Positions 13,287 to 28,301 of a stretch of DNA of 64,000 nucleotides are shown here, piece after piece (the stretch's first letter is position 1; each line of letters begins with the position of its first letter). The stretch is from Octopus vulgaris (Eukaryota). The position numbers and the translations under genes are program-made. The notes beneath the pieces were generated by a model. That model saw only the letters and a program-made list of their open reading frames with translations. It did not search any database and was not told the DNA's origin. The DNA lies in contig OX597814.1 in assembly GCA_951406725.2 (NCBI GenBank), forward strand, positions 2,356,001 to 2,420,000. The letters are read 5' to 3'.

Positions 13287-13695
13287 GGCGCAGGAGTGGC
13301 TGTGTGGTAAGTAGCTTGCTAGCCAACCATATGGTTCCGGGTTCAGTCCCACTGCGTGGCATCTTGGGCAAGTGTCTTCTACTATAGCCCCGGGCCGACC
13401 AATGCCTTGTGAGTGGATTTGGTAGACGGAAACTGAAAGAAGCCCGTCGTATATATGTATATACATATATATGTATGTGTGTGTGTTTGTGTGTCTGTGT
13501 TTGTCCCCCTAGCATTGCTTGACAACCGATGCTGGTGTGTTTATGTCCCCGTCACTTAGCGGTTCGGCAAAATAGACCGATAGACTAAGTACTGGGCTTA
13601 CAAAGAATAAGTCCCGGGGTTGAATTGCTCGACTAAAGGCGGTGCTCCAGCATGGCCGCAGTCAAATGACTGAAACAGGTAAAAGAGTAAAGAGT
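13287..13695 (+). mobile_element. SINE family A, full length, next to the PLE relic
   Basis: Complete head and tail. Confidence 0.92.
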
Positions 13696-13910
13696 GTAAG
13701 TAGCGCTTCTAACCACAAATCCTCGTTTAAGACCCCGGAAAGGTGTTAATCCACGTTCTTGACACCTGAAGGACGAAGTGACTCCTCACGTAATTCATGG
13801 TCCCCTGAATGGATTTTGAATAGTTGTCGAAGGGAGACAATCCCTTGCGCTTGACCTTTCTTATTTGTCTGGGTGTTAAGGAAACATGTCCCGATGCATT
13901 TTCTCCCTCT

Positions 13911-14307
<397 letters not shown>

Positions 14308-14394
14308 CCATACAATTGTTCGTTTGTTTTCCACCTGCCTTCGTCTTTTGTCTATTTTCATAAAGCTTCCCGTTATATATATATATATATATAC

Positions 14395-14460
<66 letters not shown>

Positions 14461-14839
14461 GTAAATAGATAGATGCATACATACACACACACGCGCATAT
14501 ACACACACACCACTCACATAGACACACATATATACAGTAGAATATACAAGAAGGAAAATTAAACTTAGTTTTCAGCTAATAAAAAAATGTTCCATTCAAA
14601 CTACAAATTTGTAAGTCCAACGAAATATACCAATTGTGAGGAGACTGTTGGCCTTCACGGAGTATAGCTGTAAACCAACAAAAGAATGAAGATAACTGTA
14701 TTACATTTATTAAACATCTACGGTCGATTCGATATCAATGCATATGGATGTTGAACCACGCTTTGAATGGTTTAGTAGTGTAGTGGTGCAAAGTTGTTGC
14801 GCAGCTAATGGTGAAGACCTCAGATGAAATAGAAATTTT

Positions 14840-16000
14840 ATGATGACGCCGATAAACATAATGTTGTTGTTGCTGTTGTTGATGATGATGATGATGATGA
14901 TGATAGAAAAGATGATGACTGCCACAACAAGGTCAACGACCACGACGATGATGATGCTGATGATGATGACGACGATGATGATGTTGATATTGCTGCGGTT
15001 CTTGGTGCCGATGTCAGTGATCTTGGTATTGGTGGTGGTGCCGTTGTTGTCAGCGGTGGTGCTGTCGACGACGACGATGACGATGATTATGATGACGATG
15101 ATGACGATGGGGATGATGGTGGTGATAATGATGATGATGGTGGTGATGATGACGATGATGATGATGATGGGGGTGATGGGGGTGATGATGATGAGAATGA
15201 TGATAATGACGATGATGAAGAAGATGATGATGAGGACGAGGATGATGGTGATGAGGATGATGATGATAGTAAAGACGACGACAGCCACGACAACGCTAAC
15301 GACAAAGCCAACGACTACGACGATGATGATGTTGATGTTGATGACGACGATGATGATGTTGATGTTGATGACGACGATGATGATGTTGCTGATATTGTTG
15401 CGGTTGTTGGTGCCGATGTCAGAGAATTGTCAGTATTGGTGTTGGTGACGTTGTTGTCAGCGGTGGTGCTGTCGATGATGATGACGATGATGATGTTAGA
15501 TGTGTAGGTGGCGAGAGACAGTAGTATTGGGGGGGGGGGTAATTTAGTGGTAGTTTAATGGTGGTGTTGGTGCTGGTGGTGGTAGTGGTAATGCTGATGT
15601 TGTTTCTGCTGTTATTGTTGTTGTTGATGTCAGAGATAGTGGTGTTCATATTGGCGCGAGTGCGATGTTGTTAGAGCTGGTAGAGGTGCTTCTTATAGTG
15701 CTGGTTGTGGTGTAGGTAGTGGTGGTGGTGGTAGCGGTAGTGGTGGTGATGGTGATGGTGGTGGTGGTGGTATAACGAATGGTGGTGAATTGTTTGTCGT
15801 GGTGACGTTTCTGGTAAAGATGGCGTGGGTGATGAGGGCGGTGGTAGTGAAGAAACAGATTTTGCATTGGTGATGGTGACGGGGGGAGTAATTAGCAGCG
15901 ATGGTAAATTTGATAAGAGAGGAGGAGGAGGAGGAGGAGGAGGTGGAGGAACAGGGGACAAGAGGCGGTGATGGTGGTGGTGGTGGGGAGGGTGATTTCT
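14840..16000. repeat. Cryptic (GAT/GGT/GAC)n low-complexity field with an internal ~400-bp-spaced duplication
   Basis: GATATTG.TGCGGTT.TTGGTGCCGATGTCAG...CAGCGGTGGTGCTGTCGA at ~14985 and ~15390. Confidence 0.85.
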
Positions 16001-16119
16001 TCTCTTAATTTTGACGTCGTCCATTGTTATTTATTTCATGGCTGTTATTTAAATGTTGCTGCTGTTGTTGTTGTTGTTTCTGTTCACATTAAGAAATTGA
16101 TCGTTAGATTATTTTACAT

Positions 16120-17632
<1,513 letters not shown>

Positions 17633-17635
17633 GAG

Positions 17636-18037
17636 GGCGGTGAGTTGGCAGAATCGTTAGCACGCCGGGCGAAATGCTTTGCGATATTTCGTCTGCCGTT
17701 ACGTTCTGAGTTCAAATTCCGCCGAGGTCCACTTTGCCCTTCATCCTTTCGGGGTCGATTAAATAAGTACCAGTTACGCACTGGGGTCGATATAATCGAC
17801 TTAATCCGTTTGTCTGTACTTGTTCGTCCCCTCTGTGTTTAGCCCCTTGTGGGTAGTAAAAAAATAGGTATTTCGTCCCTCTTTATGTTCTGAGTTCGCC
17901 GAGGTCGACTTTACCTTTCATCCTTTCGGGGTCGATAAATTAAGTACCAGTTACGCACTGGTGTCGCTATATTCGACATAATTCCTAAGTCTGTTTGTCC
18001 CATCTATGTTTCGCCCCCTGTGGGCAATAAAGAAATA
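17636..18037 (+). mobile_element. tRNA-derived SINE family B, dimeric
   Basis: Head GGCGGTGAGTTGGCAGAATCGTTAG, B-box GTTCAAATTCC, core repeated twice. Confidence 0.9.
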
Positions 18038-18050
18038 ATTACTATTATTA

Positions 18051-18590
18051 GGCGCACGAGTGGCAGCGTGATAAGTAGCTTGTTTTCCAAGCACAAGCTT
18101 TCAGAGTCCAGCAATCGGCCGGTTACTCAATTATATTGAAACTATAAGTTCTAACTGGTTTGGCTAAAGTATTAATTGTTTGTAACCAGTTTCCTGCAGT
18201 CAGCATGAGCATTGTCTTTATACCCTGCGATAGCATTCTTTTCTGATTTTCTTCTCTCAGAATGTTCAGTCGAACTGCGTGGCCCCTTGGGCAAGAGTCT
18301 TCTACTATAGCCTCGGACAGATCAAAGCCTTCTGAGTGGATTTGTAAACGGAATCTGAAAGAAGCCCGTCGTATGTATATATATATCTATATATATATAT
18401 GAATGTGTGTGTATATGTTTGTCGCAACATCGCTTGACAACTGATGCTAGTATGTTTATGGTTCGGCAAAAAGAACCCGATAGAATAAGTACTAGGCTTA
18501 CAAAAGAATAAGTCCTGGGGTCGATTTGCTCGACTAAAGGCGGTGCTTCAGCATGGCCGCAGTCAAATGACAAGTAAAAGAATAAAAGAA
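18051..18590 (+). mobile_element. SINE family A interrupted by a LINE fragment (18094-18270)
   Basis: Head to ~18093, resumes at ~18265 TTCAGTC. Confidence 0.8.
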
Positions 18591-18659
18591 AAGCATTGCT
18601 GTTGTTGTTGTTATTATTATTATCATGATGATAATGATGATCACGATCATGATGATGAT

Positions 18660-20000
18660 GTTTGGATTTTGCTTTGTGTCTGTACGAGCTGAGCCCAAGT
18701 CTCGCCCAAAAGTCCCTGCTATGTTTTGGGTGAGACTTGTTTCGGGTGAGTATTTCAATTATATGCTTTGAATTTGTGCTTTGGAATATAAGTCTAAAAA
18801 CACTGTTTTCGAATTGTATAGACAGTATTTTCCCCGGGGATTTGAGACACGCAATAATCAGCCTCATTTGCTATTTAGGCTATCATTCTAGTCTTAAGCG
18901 TCCACATTTTGCCAATTTCTATTTCAAAATGTTTGTCCTTACCGAAATTTTGGTATTTCTTGACGGATACAGTTATATCTATTGATGATTTTCATTTGGA
19001 TAGCTTCAATATAATATCTGGCTTATTTGCATGTCATTCTGTCTCTTTGAACAGAAAAGTTCCATAGGAGTGTTGTGTTTAGTTTTTGCTCCCACCAGTT
19101 TCTAGATGGGGCAGGTTCAGCTCATTGCACATTACCCAGTGGATATACTCTGCAGCCCTATCAAGCTTGTTGAAATATTATGCCTGAGGGCGGAAGAGGC
19201 AGTGTGATTGATAGTTTCAGGTTGATTATTTTTTACACCCTCGACAGGTTGAGCTACTACCGTTGTTTAAGTTGTCAGCCTGAGAGCTTCATATAGATAC
19301 TCGTTGACCCTGGGTTGCTATGATTAACTCATCTGTCTTTGATTTTAAGCCAGAGGACGCTAACCACTGAAGGGCAAGAGTTTTGTCAAAATTAGCCCTG
19401 TTAGCTCTTTCTGGATAATCACCACGAGAGGCTTTTCTTACCAATGGCCGGCAAAATTACTCAAGTCTGCGTTATTAGTAAAGGTTTTCATGTTTTAGCT
19501 CTTTCTGTGCTTGTTCCTAGTCCATACAAATCTGGGGTAAATTCTTTTGAATATGCTCTTGCCTCTCTTGTTTCTGAATATCATTTTTGGCTGTATTTCT
19601 TCTTTACAGCAAGTTTTTGCATCCGTCTTATGAGTTTTTCAGATAAGGGCTTACGCCAACCGTGACATCTCTCAGTGACAATTCAACCCGTGGTTGTCCA
19701 CAGCTTCCTCATCTTCTTGGTGACCGAAGTCATTATATATCTGACTAGGGTGGTGCATTCTATTCATTGTCGAATATTTCTGAATTTTTCCCTCAAGTTT
19801 CCAGAGTCTATCAATTGACCAGTTAATCAATTATATTTAAACTATGAGTTCCGACTAGTATGGCTAAAGTATTAATTCCTTGTAACCAGTTTCCTGTGGT
19901 CAGCTTTGTCATGAGAATTGCCTTTACTCTGCGATAGCATCCTTTTCTGATTTTCTTCTCTCAAAATTTTCAGTTTTTAATTCCATCGCCCTCCTCATGT
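18660..20000 (-). mobile_element. Decayed R4/Dong-type (RLE) LINE 3' part
   Basis: Minus-strand peptide relic HW*EKPL...DKTLALQWLASSGLKSKTDELIIATQGQ; 3' end runs into (ATC)/(TAA) repeats. Confidence 0.7.
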
Positions 20001-20204
20001 AGCCTCAAATATTTATGACTTTCCGCTGTTTCAAATTTCTTTGTAACAGTTTTTCATCAAGCAAAACGTTGTATGTTTTTGACAGTTTCTCTGCAATGAC
20101 GGTGGCTTTTGAGTTACTATTATTACTGGTGTTTATATATATATATGTATGATGTTTGTATGCATATATAAGTATATATATATATATATGCATACATATG
20201 TTTG

Positions 20205-20236
<32 letters not shown>

Positions 20237-20384
20237 CAGTTAAGTAATTGAGATTCTAGTGAATTCTAAAGAATTCACATGAATATGGTCCTTAACCAGG
20301 ATGCACCGGATATCTATATGGTGTTAGCCATACGACAAGTGGGGTGATTATAAATAGGAAAAAAGCAACAAGAATGGATTAAAA

Positions 20385-20472
20385 TCTCGGTACGATCGTT
20401 TCGTACGAGGACATCTTTAATAAGCTACAAAAAATGCAGTGAATACAGATGGCTCGTACTCGTCAGCCGAAA
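20385..20472 (-). ncRNA. Type I hammerhead ribozyme with canonical core, in a (TA)n-anchored element ~20237-20720
   Basis: Minus strand: stem I TTTCGG/CCGAGA; CTGACGA; stem II GTACGAG-c-CATCT...AGATG-tc-CTCGTAC; GAAA-C-GATC-G-TA; predicted cleavage between 20391 and 20390. Confidence 0.82.
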
Positions 20473-20851
20473 AAATATCAGAGAATTCCCAAACATCAAA
20501 AGGGGTAGATATAAAAGAGGTTGTAGGATTAACTGCATTGAAGAAAGTTCGATTCATGGAGATCTGATGAAAGGTTTTAAACCTATAGAATTTATGCATG
20601 TCTACATATAGTTCATATTGGATATTTGATCAAGTTATATGAAGAAAATTTTCGGATACAGTCATGCAAAATTTCTGAAAATCCGAGTGAGAGGCAAAGT
20701 GACTGCCACATCATGTAGAGGAAAGTCTGAGTAAAAACATAGTGACTGTCATGTCGTGTAGTGACTGTCATATGCATACATATGTTTGAATATGTATGTA
20801 TATATATATATATATATATATATAAATATATATATTATATATATATATATA

Positions 20852-20913
<62 letters not shown>

Positions 20914-21026
20914 CATATATATATATACAAATATATATATTAATATTGATAAGGTAATAATAAAGTGAGTTTAAGGAGGTTTTGAGCCATGGCTCTGATT
21001 TTAGGAGGCGGTAATCTATACACTAC

Positions 21027-21097
<71 letters not shown>

Positions 21098-21199
21098 CTA
21101 TCTATCGCTCTTTCTCTATATATATACATAAACATATATGTAGTATATATATATACATATATACATATACATTTACATAATTTTGCATGTTGTTATATA

Positions 21200-21457
21200 C
21201 ATGTATGTATGTATGTATGTATGTATGTATGTATGCATGCATGTATGTATGTGTATGTATGTATGTATGTATGTGTGTATGTGCGTATGTATGTATGTAT
21301 GTATGTATGTATGTATGTATGTATGTATGCATGCATGTATGTATGTGTATGTATGTATGTATGTGTGTATGTATGTATGTATGTATGTATGTATGTATGC
21401 ATGTATGTATGTATGTATGTATGTATGTATGTATGTATGTATGTATGCATGCATGTA
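21200..21457. repeat. (ATGT)n microsatellite
   Basis: Direct reading. Confidence 0.95.
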
Positions 21458-21863
21458 TTATGTATACTGTTTTGTCACTGACGCAAGTAATGTCCATGAA
21501 CAGAAACAAGAATAGATTCGAAAACAATCCCAAAAGTATAGAATCGCATCTTACGAAATCCAAGACATGAACTCCAGTCGTGTTGACATAAATCTCTCCA
21601 TAGTTTTGAGGCTATGGAGATATTGAAACTGTTCCCTCTCACCACATTTTGTTAAGAAGGCCTTACAGGACAGGAATTATATATTTATGATGTAGTTTAT
21701 GACATAATCTTTGCGCATGGGCAAGCTTCATCTACACAATGAGATTTCTATCTTCACGTAAAAGTACAGCGATGAGTATATATATATATATATACTGTAA
21801 TAGCAACAGCTTCGGGTAGATTTGTCGCAGAGATATAGGAATGAAAATAACGGATTAGCACAT

Positions 21864-21905
<42 letters not shown>

Positions 21906-22045
21906 TTGTTTGTATGTATGTATGTATATATGTGTGTGTGTTTGCGTGTGTGCGCACGCTCGTTTACGTATGCATACGTTAAAATTTCCACGCACAAACT
22001 GGCACATCCATCCAGGTACATACATAACTGTGTATTTATTTTACG

Positions 22046-22078
<33 letters not shown>

Positions 22079-22089
22079 GTATATATGTA

Positions 22090-22122
<33 letters not shown>

Positions 22123-22161
22123 TTTATATATATATATACATACATATATATATATATATTT

Positions 22162-22238
<77 letters not shown>

Positions 22239-22248
22239 TTATATGAGT

Positions 22249-22571
22249 GGAGTCGCATTTACATGGTTAGGGTAGCGGACTCGCGGTTATAGGTTATAGG
22301 TTTCGATTCGTAGACCGGGCGTTGTGAGCGTTTGCTGAGCGAAAACACTTAAAGCCACGAGGCTCCGGTAGGGACGGTGGCGATCCCAGCTGTAATCTGT
22401 CACCACAAATTTTTCTCACTCTCTCTTCCTGTTTCTGTTGTACCTGTATTTCAAAGGGGCCAGCCTTGTCCCGCTCTGTGTCACGCTGAATCTCCCCGGT
22501 AATTTCCCGAGCAGGCTGTTCCGTTGATTGGATCGACTGGAACCCTAGTCGTCGTAACCGACGGAGTGCCG
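22249..22571 (+). mobile_element. tRNA-derived SINE family C
   Basis: TGGTTAGGGTAGCGGACTCGCGG...GTTTCGATT head; relatives at 32757, 35106, 49522, 59078. Confidence 0.8.
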
Positions 22572-22746
22572 TAGTATAGAGGCCAGCAACATCAACCCCC
22601 TTCTCTCACCATGTGCCCCATACCACACACGAAATGATTTTTCAAGTAATGAAGGCGTAGCGAAACCAAAACTTGTTCCAACACTGTTGCACGTCTCGAG
22701 CCGAAGCTAGTCAAAGAACTAAAGAATACAACGCACACACACACAT

Positions 22747-22790
<44 letters not shown>

Positions 22791-22799
<9 letters not shown>

Positions 22800-23076
22800 A
22801 ATTAGGACTGAACACGAAAAGTGGACAGTCAACATGCTAGATATAGACGTCAAATCGCCATTCTCCACAAAGGTTATGTTCTCAAATCAAACCAAGTTTG
22901 ATTTGAGAACATAACCTTTGTGGAGAATGGCGATTTGACGTCTATATCTAGCATGTTGACTGTCCACTTTTCGTGTTCAGTCCCTAATTGGTATATATAA
23001 ATATTTTAATCTTCGGATTCTTTTTTAATATGCTAGACCACTGGTTTTAATTGATAAATATCAATTTCTACTCTTA

Positions 23077-23090
<14 letters not shown>
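22791..23090 (+). mobile_element. Near-perfect ~102-bp-arm palindrome plus tail, between (TA)n tracts
   Basis: Arms 22791-22892 and 22896-22998, 3-nt loop CAA, one indel. Confidence 0.9.
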
Positions 23091-23145
<55 letters not shown>

Positions 23146-23451
23146 ATTTATGTCTCTATATCATAGAATCATTTCAACTTGGACTCCAAGTTTTGTCTGA
23201 TCGTTCATCCACCTTCTGATTGAATACGACCTGAGTTGAAACTTAAAGACTAAGTCAGAACGAATTTTATAACAATGTTTATTCAAATTTTCGTTTTGAA
23301 TTCGCCATTCACTAAATTTTCAGTTGTGATTCATACGGTTTCATTACAATAACAAATTACACCCAACACATTGATGTAATAGCGTGTATGTGAGTTTATA
23401 CAAACATATACAAACATATACACATATGGATATATGTAGAGGTAAATATGT

Positions 23452-23950
23452 AGGTGCAAGGATGGCTGTGGGGTGAGATGTTGGCTTCCCGACCCCAGGG
23501 CTCCTGGTTCAGCCAAAATAGGTGACACTTTGGGCAAGTGGTTTCTACTATAGCCTCGGGCTGACCAATGCCTTGTAAGTAGATTTAATTAGATGGAAAC
23601 TGAAAGAATCCCGATGTATATATAAATGCTTACATACGTACACACTCACACACACACACTCACTCACACACACACACATACATATTTATTTACTTATTTT
23701 ACTTGTTTCAGTCATTTGACAGCGGCCGTGCTGGGGCACTGCCTTAATGCTGGGGGGAGGACCATGCTGTGACAGAGCCAAGCTGGAGCACCACCTTGAA
23801 CGGCTTTTTTGAGTCGAACGAATCGACCCGAGGACATATCTTAAGCCTAGTATTTATTTCATCGGTAACTTTTGCCGAACCGCTAATTTACGGGGGCAAA
23901 AACACACCAGCACTAGTTGTCAAGGTGATGGGGATGGGGACAAGCACACA
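23452..23950. mobile_element. SINE family A fragments: head (+, 23452-23620) and tail (-, 23695-23950)
   Basis: Homology to other copies. Confidence 0.8.
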
Positions 23951-23952
23951 CA

Positions 23953-24506
23953 CAGAGTAATGCTTCGATATACGAATTAATTTATTCCCAGAGACCACTT
24001 GTAAAGCGAAAACTCGTAAAGCAGAGCAATACTTTCCCATAGTAGTAATGTTATAAATCGTAATTCGTTCCCAGAACAAAATATTTTACTTATAATATTT
24101 ATAAAACTCGTAAATAAATGACAATAAAACAACAGTGAATTGTAAAGAATATTTTATGTAAAGTAAAAAAAAAAATGTTAAGATCATTTATAATAAAAAA
24201 ATATTGTTATTATAACCGTTTTCTTCACTCACACTAGACCCGCGCACACCATCCTTTGTAGATGCGATCGCCAATTCACAAGCACTCGTAGACAGAGTTG
24301 TAGATTTCTTTTATAAACAACAAGTGTAGATTTGTTTGTTTAGAAGAAGCATTTTTTCCCCTCTCTATAAATTTATCGGTAACACACAGAAGCATTTGTT
24401 ATGGTGGTAAAAACATTTGCAATTCGTTCGCAAAATAGCAATTTAACCTTATAAAACTCGTAAGCGAGGGGTCTCGTAAAACGCCTTGTAAAGTTTGGCA
24501 CTACTG
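23953..24506. mobile_element. Tigger/pogo-like MITE; related 5' end at 25137-25280
   Basis: Left end CAGAGTAATGCTTCG, right end GGCACTACTG+TA, repeated CTCGTAA subterminal motifs. Confidence 0.55.
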
Positions 24507-24856
24507 TATGTATGTATGTATGTATATATATATGTAAAAGTAAAAAAATATACAAACTGGGACAAGAACGTGAAACATTTAAAAGACGACACAAAAAACA
24601 CGGACGGGACATTCGAAGCCCTCAATCATCAGTCAAGAACCGGATCATCTTCGCAATTTCGGCTGATTAATCTTGAGATTGCTCCGATCTGGGCAGCCCC
24701 CAAGGGAAATCTAAGCCAAGCGCATTAGATTCCTTGAAAGAAAGCCTCGAATGTATACAACACAGGGACGGAAAACGGACGATGTTACACGAATAAAAAT
24801 ACAAAAATACGTAAAAACAATAATGGTAAGGATAACAACAAAAGCAGGACGTCAGG

Positions 24857-24894
<38 letters not shown>

Positions 24895-24947
24895 TGCACG
24901 CATTTTTTTCTCTCCTTCTTTTTTGTGTTTTTTTTTCTCTCTGTGTA

Positions 24948-24985
24948 TCTTTCTGTTGAAGAGCGTAGGCTCGAAACGTTAAAGA
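24948..24985 (+). ncRNA. Minimal type I hammerhead motif (A6U variant) in a (TA)n-embedded element 24893-25085
   Basis: Stem I TCTTT/AAAGA, CTGTTGA, stem II GAGC-gtag-GCTC, GAAAC-GTT. Confidence 0.68.
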
Positions 24986-25082
24986 CTTGTTTTATTTATA
25001 TTTCCTGAGCGCCATACTAATACAATTGTTCGTTTGTTTTCCACCTGCCTTCGTCTTTTGTCTATTTTCATAAAGCTTCCCG

Positions 25083-25143
<61 letters not shown>

Positions 25144-25404
25144 CCTTACAGTATCGCAGTACGAGTTCAATTCGTTCCATGACCGAGCTCGTCTTATTAT
25201 TTACTCGCTTTACAAATCAATATTTTCCCTATTGAAACTAACGAAAATATAGTTAATCCGTTCCAGCCCCAATGAAACCACTAAAAAATAAATCCTTTAT
25301 GGGTTTTAGGTGTTGTTGCAAATAAAATCACAATTATAGAAAAAGAGAATGCAAATGAAATATGTAAACTGGTGTTGTTAACTGAATTACTTTAAAGATG
25401 GGAC

Positions 25405-25482
<78 letters not shown>

Positions 25483-25484
25483 CT

Positions 25485-26185
25485 ATTTACTCTTTTACTC
25501 TTTTACTTGTTTCAGTCATTTGACTGCGGCCATGCTGGAGCACCGCCTTTAGTCGAACAAATCGATCCCGGGACTTATTCTTTGTAAGCCCAGAACTTAT
25601 TCTTCGCTCTCTTTTGCCGAACCGCTAAGTGACGGCGACGTAAACACACCAGCATCGGTTGTCAAGCAATGCTAGGGGGACAAACACAGACACACAAACA
25701 TACACACACACACATACACACACACACACACATATATATACGACGGGCTTCTTTATATATATATATAAATCACAACCGCTGTTGCTGTGTTTATGGCCCC
25801 CCGTCACCTAGCAGTTCGGCAAAAAGAGAACGATAGAATAAGTACTAGTCTTACGAAGAATATGTCCTGGGGTCGATTTATCGACTAAAGGTGGTGCTCC
25901 TGCATGGCCGCAGTCAAATGATTGAATCGAATTAAAGAATGAAAGAATAAAACAAAAAAAAAAATTTATATATATTCTTTTACTTCTTTCAGTCATTTGA
26001 CTGCGGTCATGCTGGAGCACCGCCTTAAAGCCTTTTACTCAAAGAAATCGTACACTCCAGACTTATTCTTTGTAAGCGTAGTCCTTATTATATTGATCTC
26101 TTCTGTCGAAATGCTAAGTTACGGGGACATAAACACACCATCATCGGTTTAAAGTGATGTGGTGGGGGACAAACAGACACAAAAC
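25485..26185. mobile_element. Three SINE family A tails in alternating orientation (-,+,-)
   Basis: Tail homology at 25485-25755, 25772-25950, 25975-26185. Confidence 0.85.
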
Positions 26186-26196
26186 ACACACTGAAA

Positions 26197-26905
26197 TCCA
26201 TCCATCCATCCATCCATACATACATACATACATACACATACATACATACATACATACATACATACATACATACATACATACATACATACATACATACATA
26301 CATACGCACATACATACATACATACATACATACATACATACGCACATACATACATACATACATACATACGCACATACATACATACGCACATACATACGTA
26401 CATACATACATACATACATACATACATACATACATACATACATACGTACATACGCACATACATACATACATACATACATACATACATACATACATGCATA
26501 CATACATACATACATACGCACATACATACATACATACATACATACATACATACATACGCACATATATGCATACATACATACATACATACATACATAAATA
26601 CATACATACATACATACGCACATACATACATACGCACATACATACGTACATACATACATACATACATACATACATACGCACATACGCACATACATACATA
26701 CATACATACATACATACATACATACATACATACATACATACATACGCACATACATACATACATACATACATACATACATACATACATACATACATACGCA
26801 CATACATGCATACATACATACATACATACATAAATACATACATACATACGCACATACATACATACATACATACATACATACATACATACATACATACATA
26901 CATAC
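26197..26905. repeat. ~700-bp (CATA)n array with interspersed TACGCA variants
   Basis: Direct reading. Confidence 0.95.
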
Positions 26906-27320
26906 GATGCCACTCAAAGATCTTCCTCATTGCACACAAATATGTCCGTGTCGCTCTCCTTTTAGCTGTAGTCTTCATTAACATGAGTCGCCCCACCCCC
27001 TCGCCCTACTCTCGACATGTTTTATGTCCGTCTTTAGTGTGAAAGCAGATGGGGGAGTAAATGGGGGGAGGAACCAGAGGTAGGGATAAAGTAGCGGGCC
27101 TCGATCAACGGTTTCGCTTCTTGCATCGTACGGAATAACTGCCTGAAACACTTCTCACATCCGGATGGACACAGTTTGCATCGGAGATACTCTCGCCCTT
27201 TCTCTCCCTCTCTATCTCTGTCTCTTTCTCTATTTCCCCCTCTCTCTCTCTCACTCTTTCTCTCTCTTTCTTTTTCTTTCTCTCTGTCTCTATATGTATG
27301 TGCGTTTGTAAACCTATATA

Positions 27321-27356
<36 letters not shown>

Positions 27357-27402
27357 TGTATGTATGTATGTATGTATGTATATATGTATGAATGTATGTA
27401 TG

Positions 27403-27436
<34 letters not shown>

Positions 27437-27482
27437 TGTATGTATATATGTATGTATGTACGTATGTATGTATGTATGTATG

Positions 27483-27513
<31 letters not shown>

Positions 27514-27824
27514 ACGTATGCATGTGCGAATATGTATGTATGTATATTGAATAAAATACACACATACACATACATACATTTATACATTTATACACATACA
27601 TGCATACGTACATACATACATACATACATACATACATACATACATACATACATACATAATGAATACATGCGTACATACACACATATAGACACACATACAC
27701 ACATATATACATACTTAAGTACAGAGAGAGAGAAATAGATGTAGATGCATGCTTGTACATATACACAAACATACTATATAAATATATATATATATTTATA
27801 TGCATACATGCATACATACAAATG

Positions 27825-27860
<36 letters not shown>

Positions 27861-27944
27861 ATCATAAAACGCCTCCTTTTCCTTTCCCCTCCCCTTCATC
27901 CCAACCTCCATTTCCTTCTATTCGTTTGCATAACCACCACCACC

Positions 27945-28270
27945 TTCATCGTCTTCTTCTTCTTCTTCTTCTTCTTCTTCTTCTTCTTCTTCTTCTCCTT
28001 CTTCTTCTTCTTCTTCTTCTTCTTCGTCTCCTCCTCCTTCTTTTTTCTTCTTCTTCTTCTTCTTCTTCTTCTTCTTCCCCTTCGTTTTCTCCTTCTTCTC
28101 CTTCTCCTTCTTCTTCTTCTTTTTCTTCTTCTTTTTCTTCTTCTTCTTCTTCTTCTTCTTCTTCTTCTTCTTCTTCTTCTTCTTCTTCTTCTTCTTCTTC
28201 TCCTCCTTCTTCTTCTTCTTCTTCTTCTTCTTCTTCTTCTTCTTCTTCTTCTTCTTCTTCTTCTTCTTCC

Positions 28271-28301
<31 letters not shown>

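Noticed and set aside
13287-13360. SINE heads as functional tRNA genes
   Set aside because: A/B boxes are present but there is no intact cloverleaf, and they run into SINE bodies
20573-20592. CTGATGA-AAGGTTTTAAACCT as a plus-strand hammerhead
   Set aside because: No GAAA directly after stem II and no stem I
23215-23250. CTGATTGA...GAAACTTA hammerhead-like string
   Set aside because: Core spacing is wrong and stems I and II do not pair convincingly
24605-24640. Minus-strand CTGATGA...CGAATGTC in a (TA)n-flanked element
   Set aside because: Stem II unpaired, GAAA incomplete, no stem I
26197-26905. Regularly interrupted array as CRISPR-like or coding repeat
   Set aside because: Tetranucleotide slippage variants only, with no unique spacers; eukaryotic context
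26930-27200. Unique island with minus-strand acceptor-like GTGTTTCAG
   Set aside because: No matching donor or recognisable peptide
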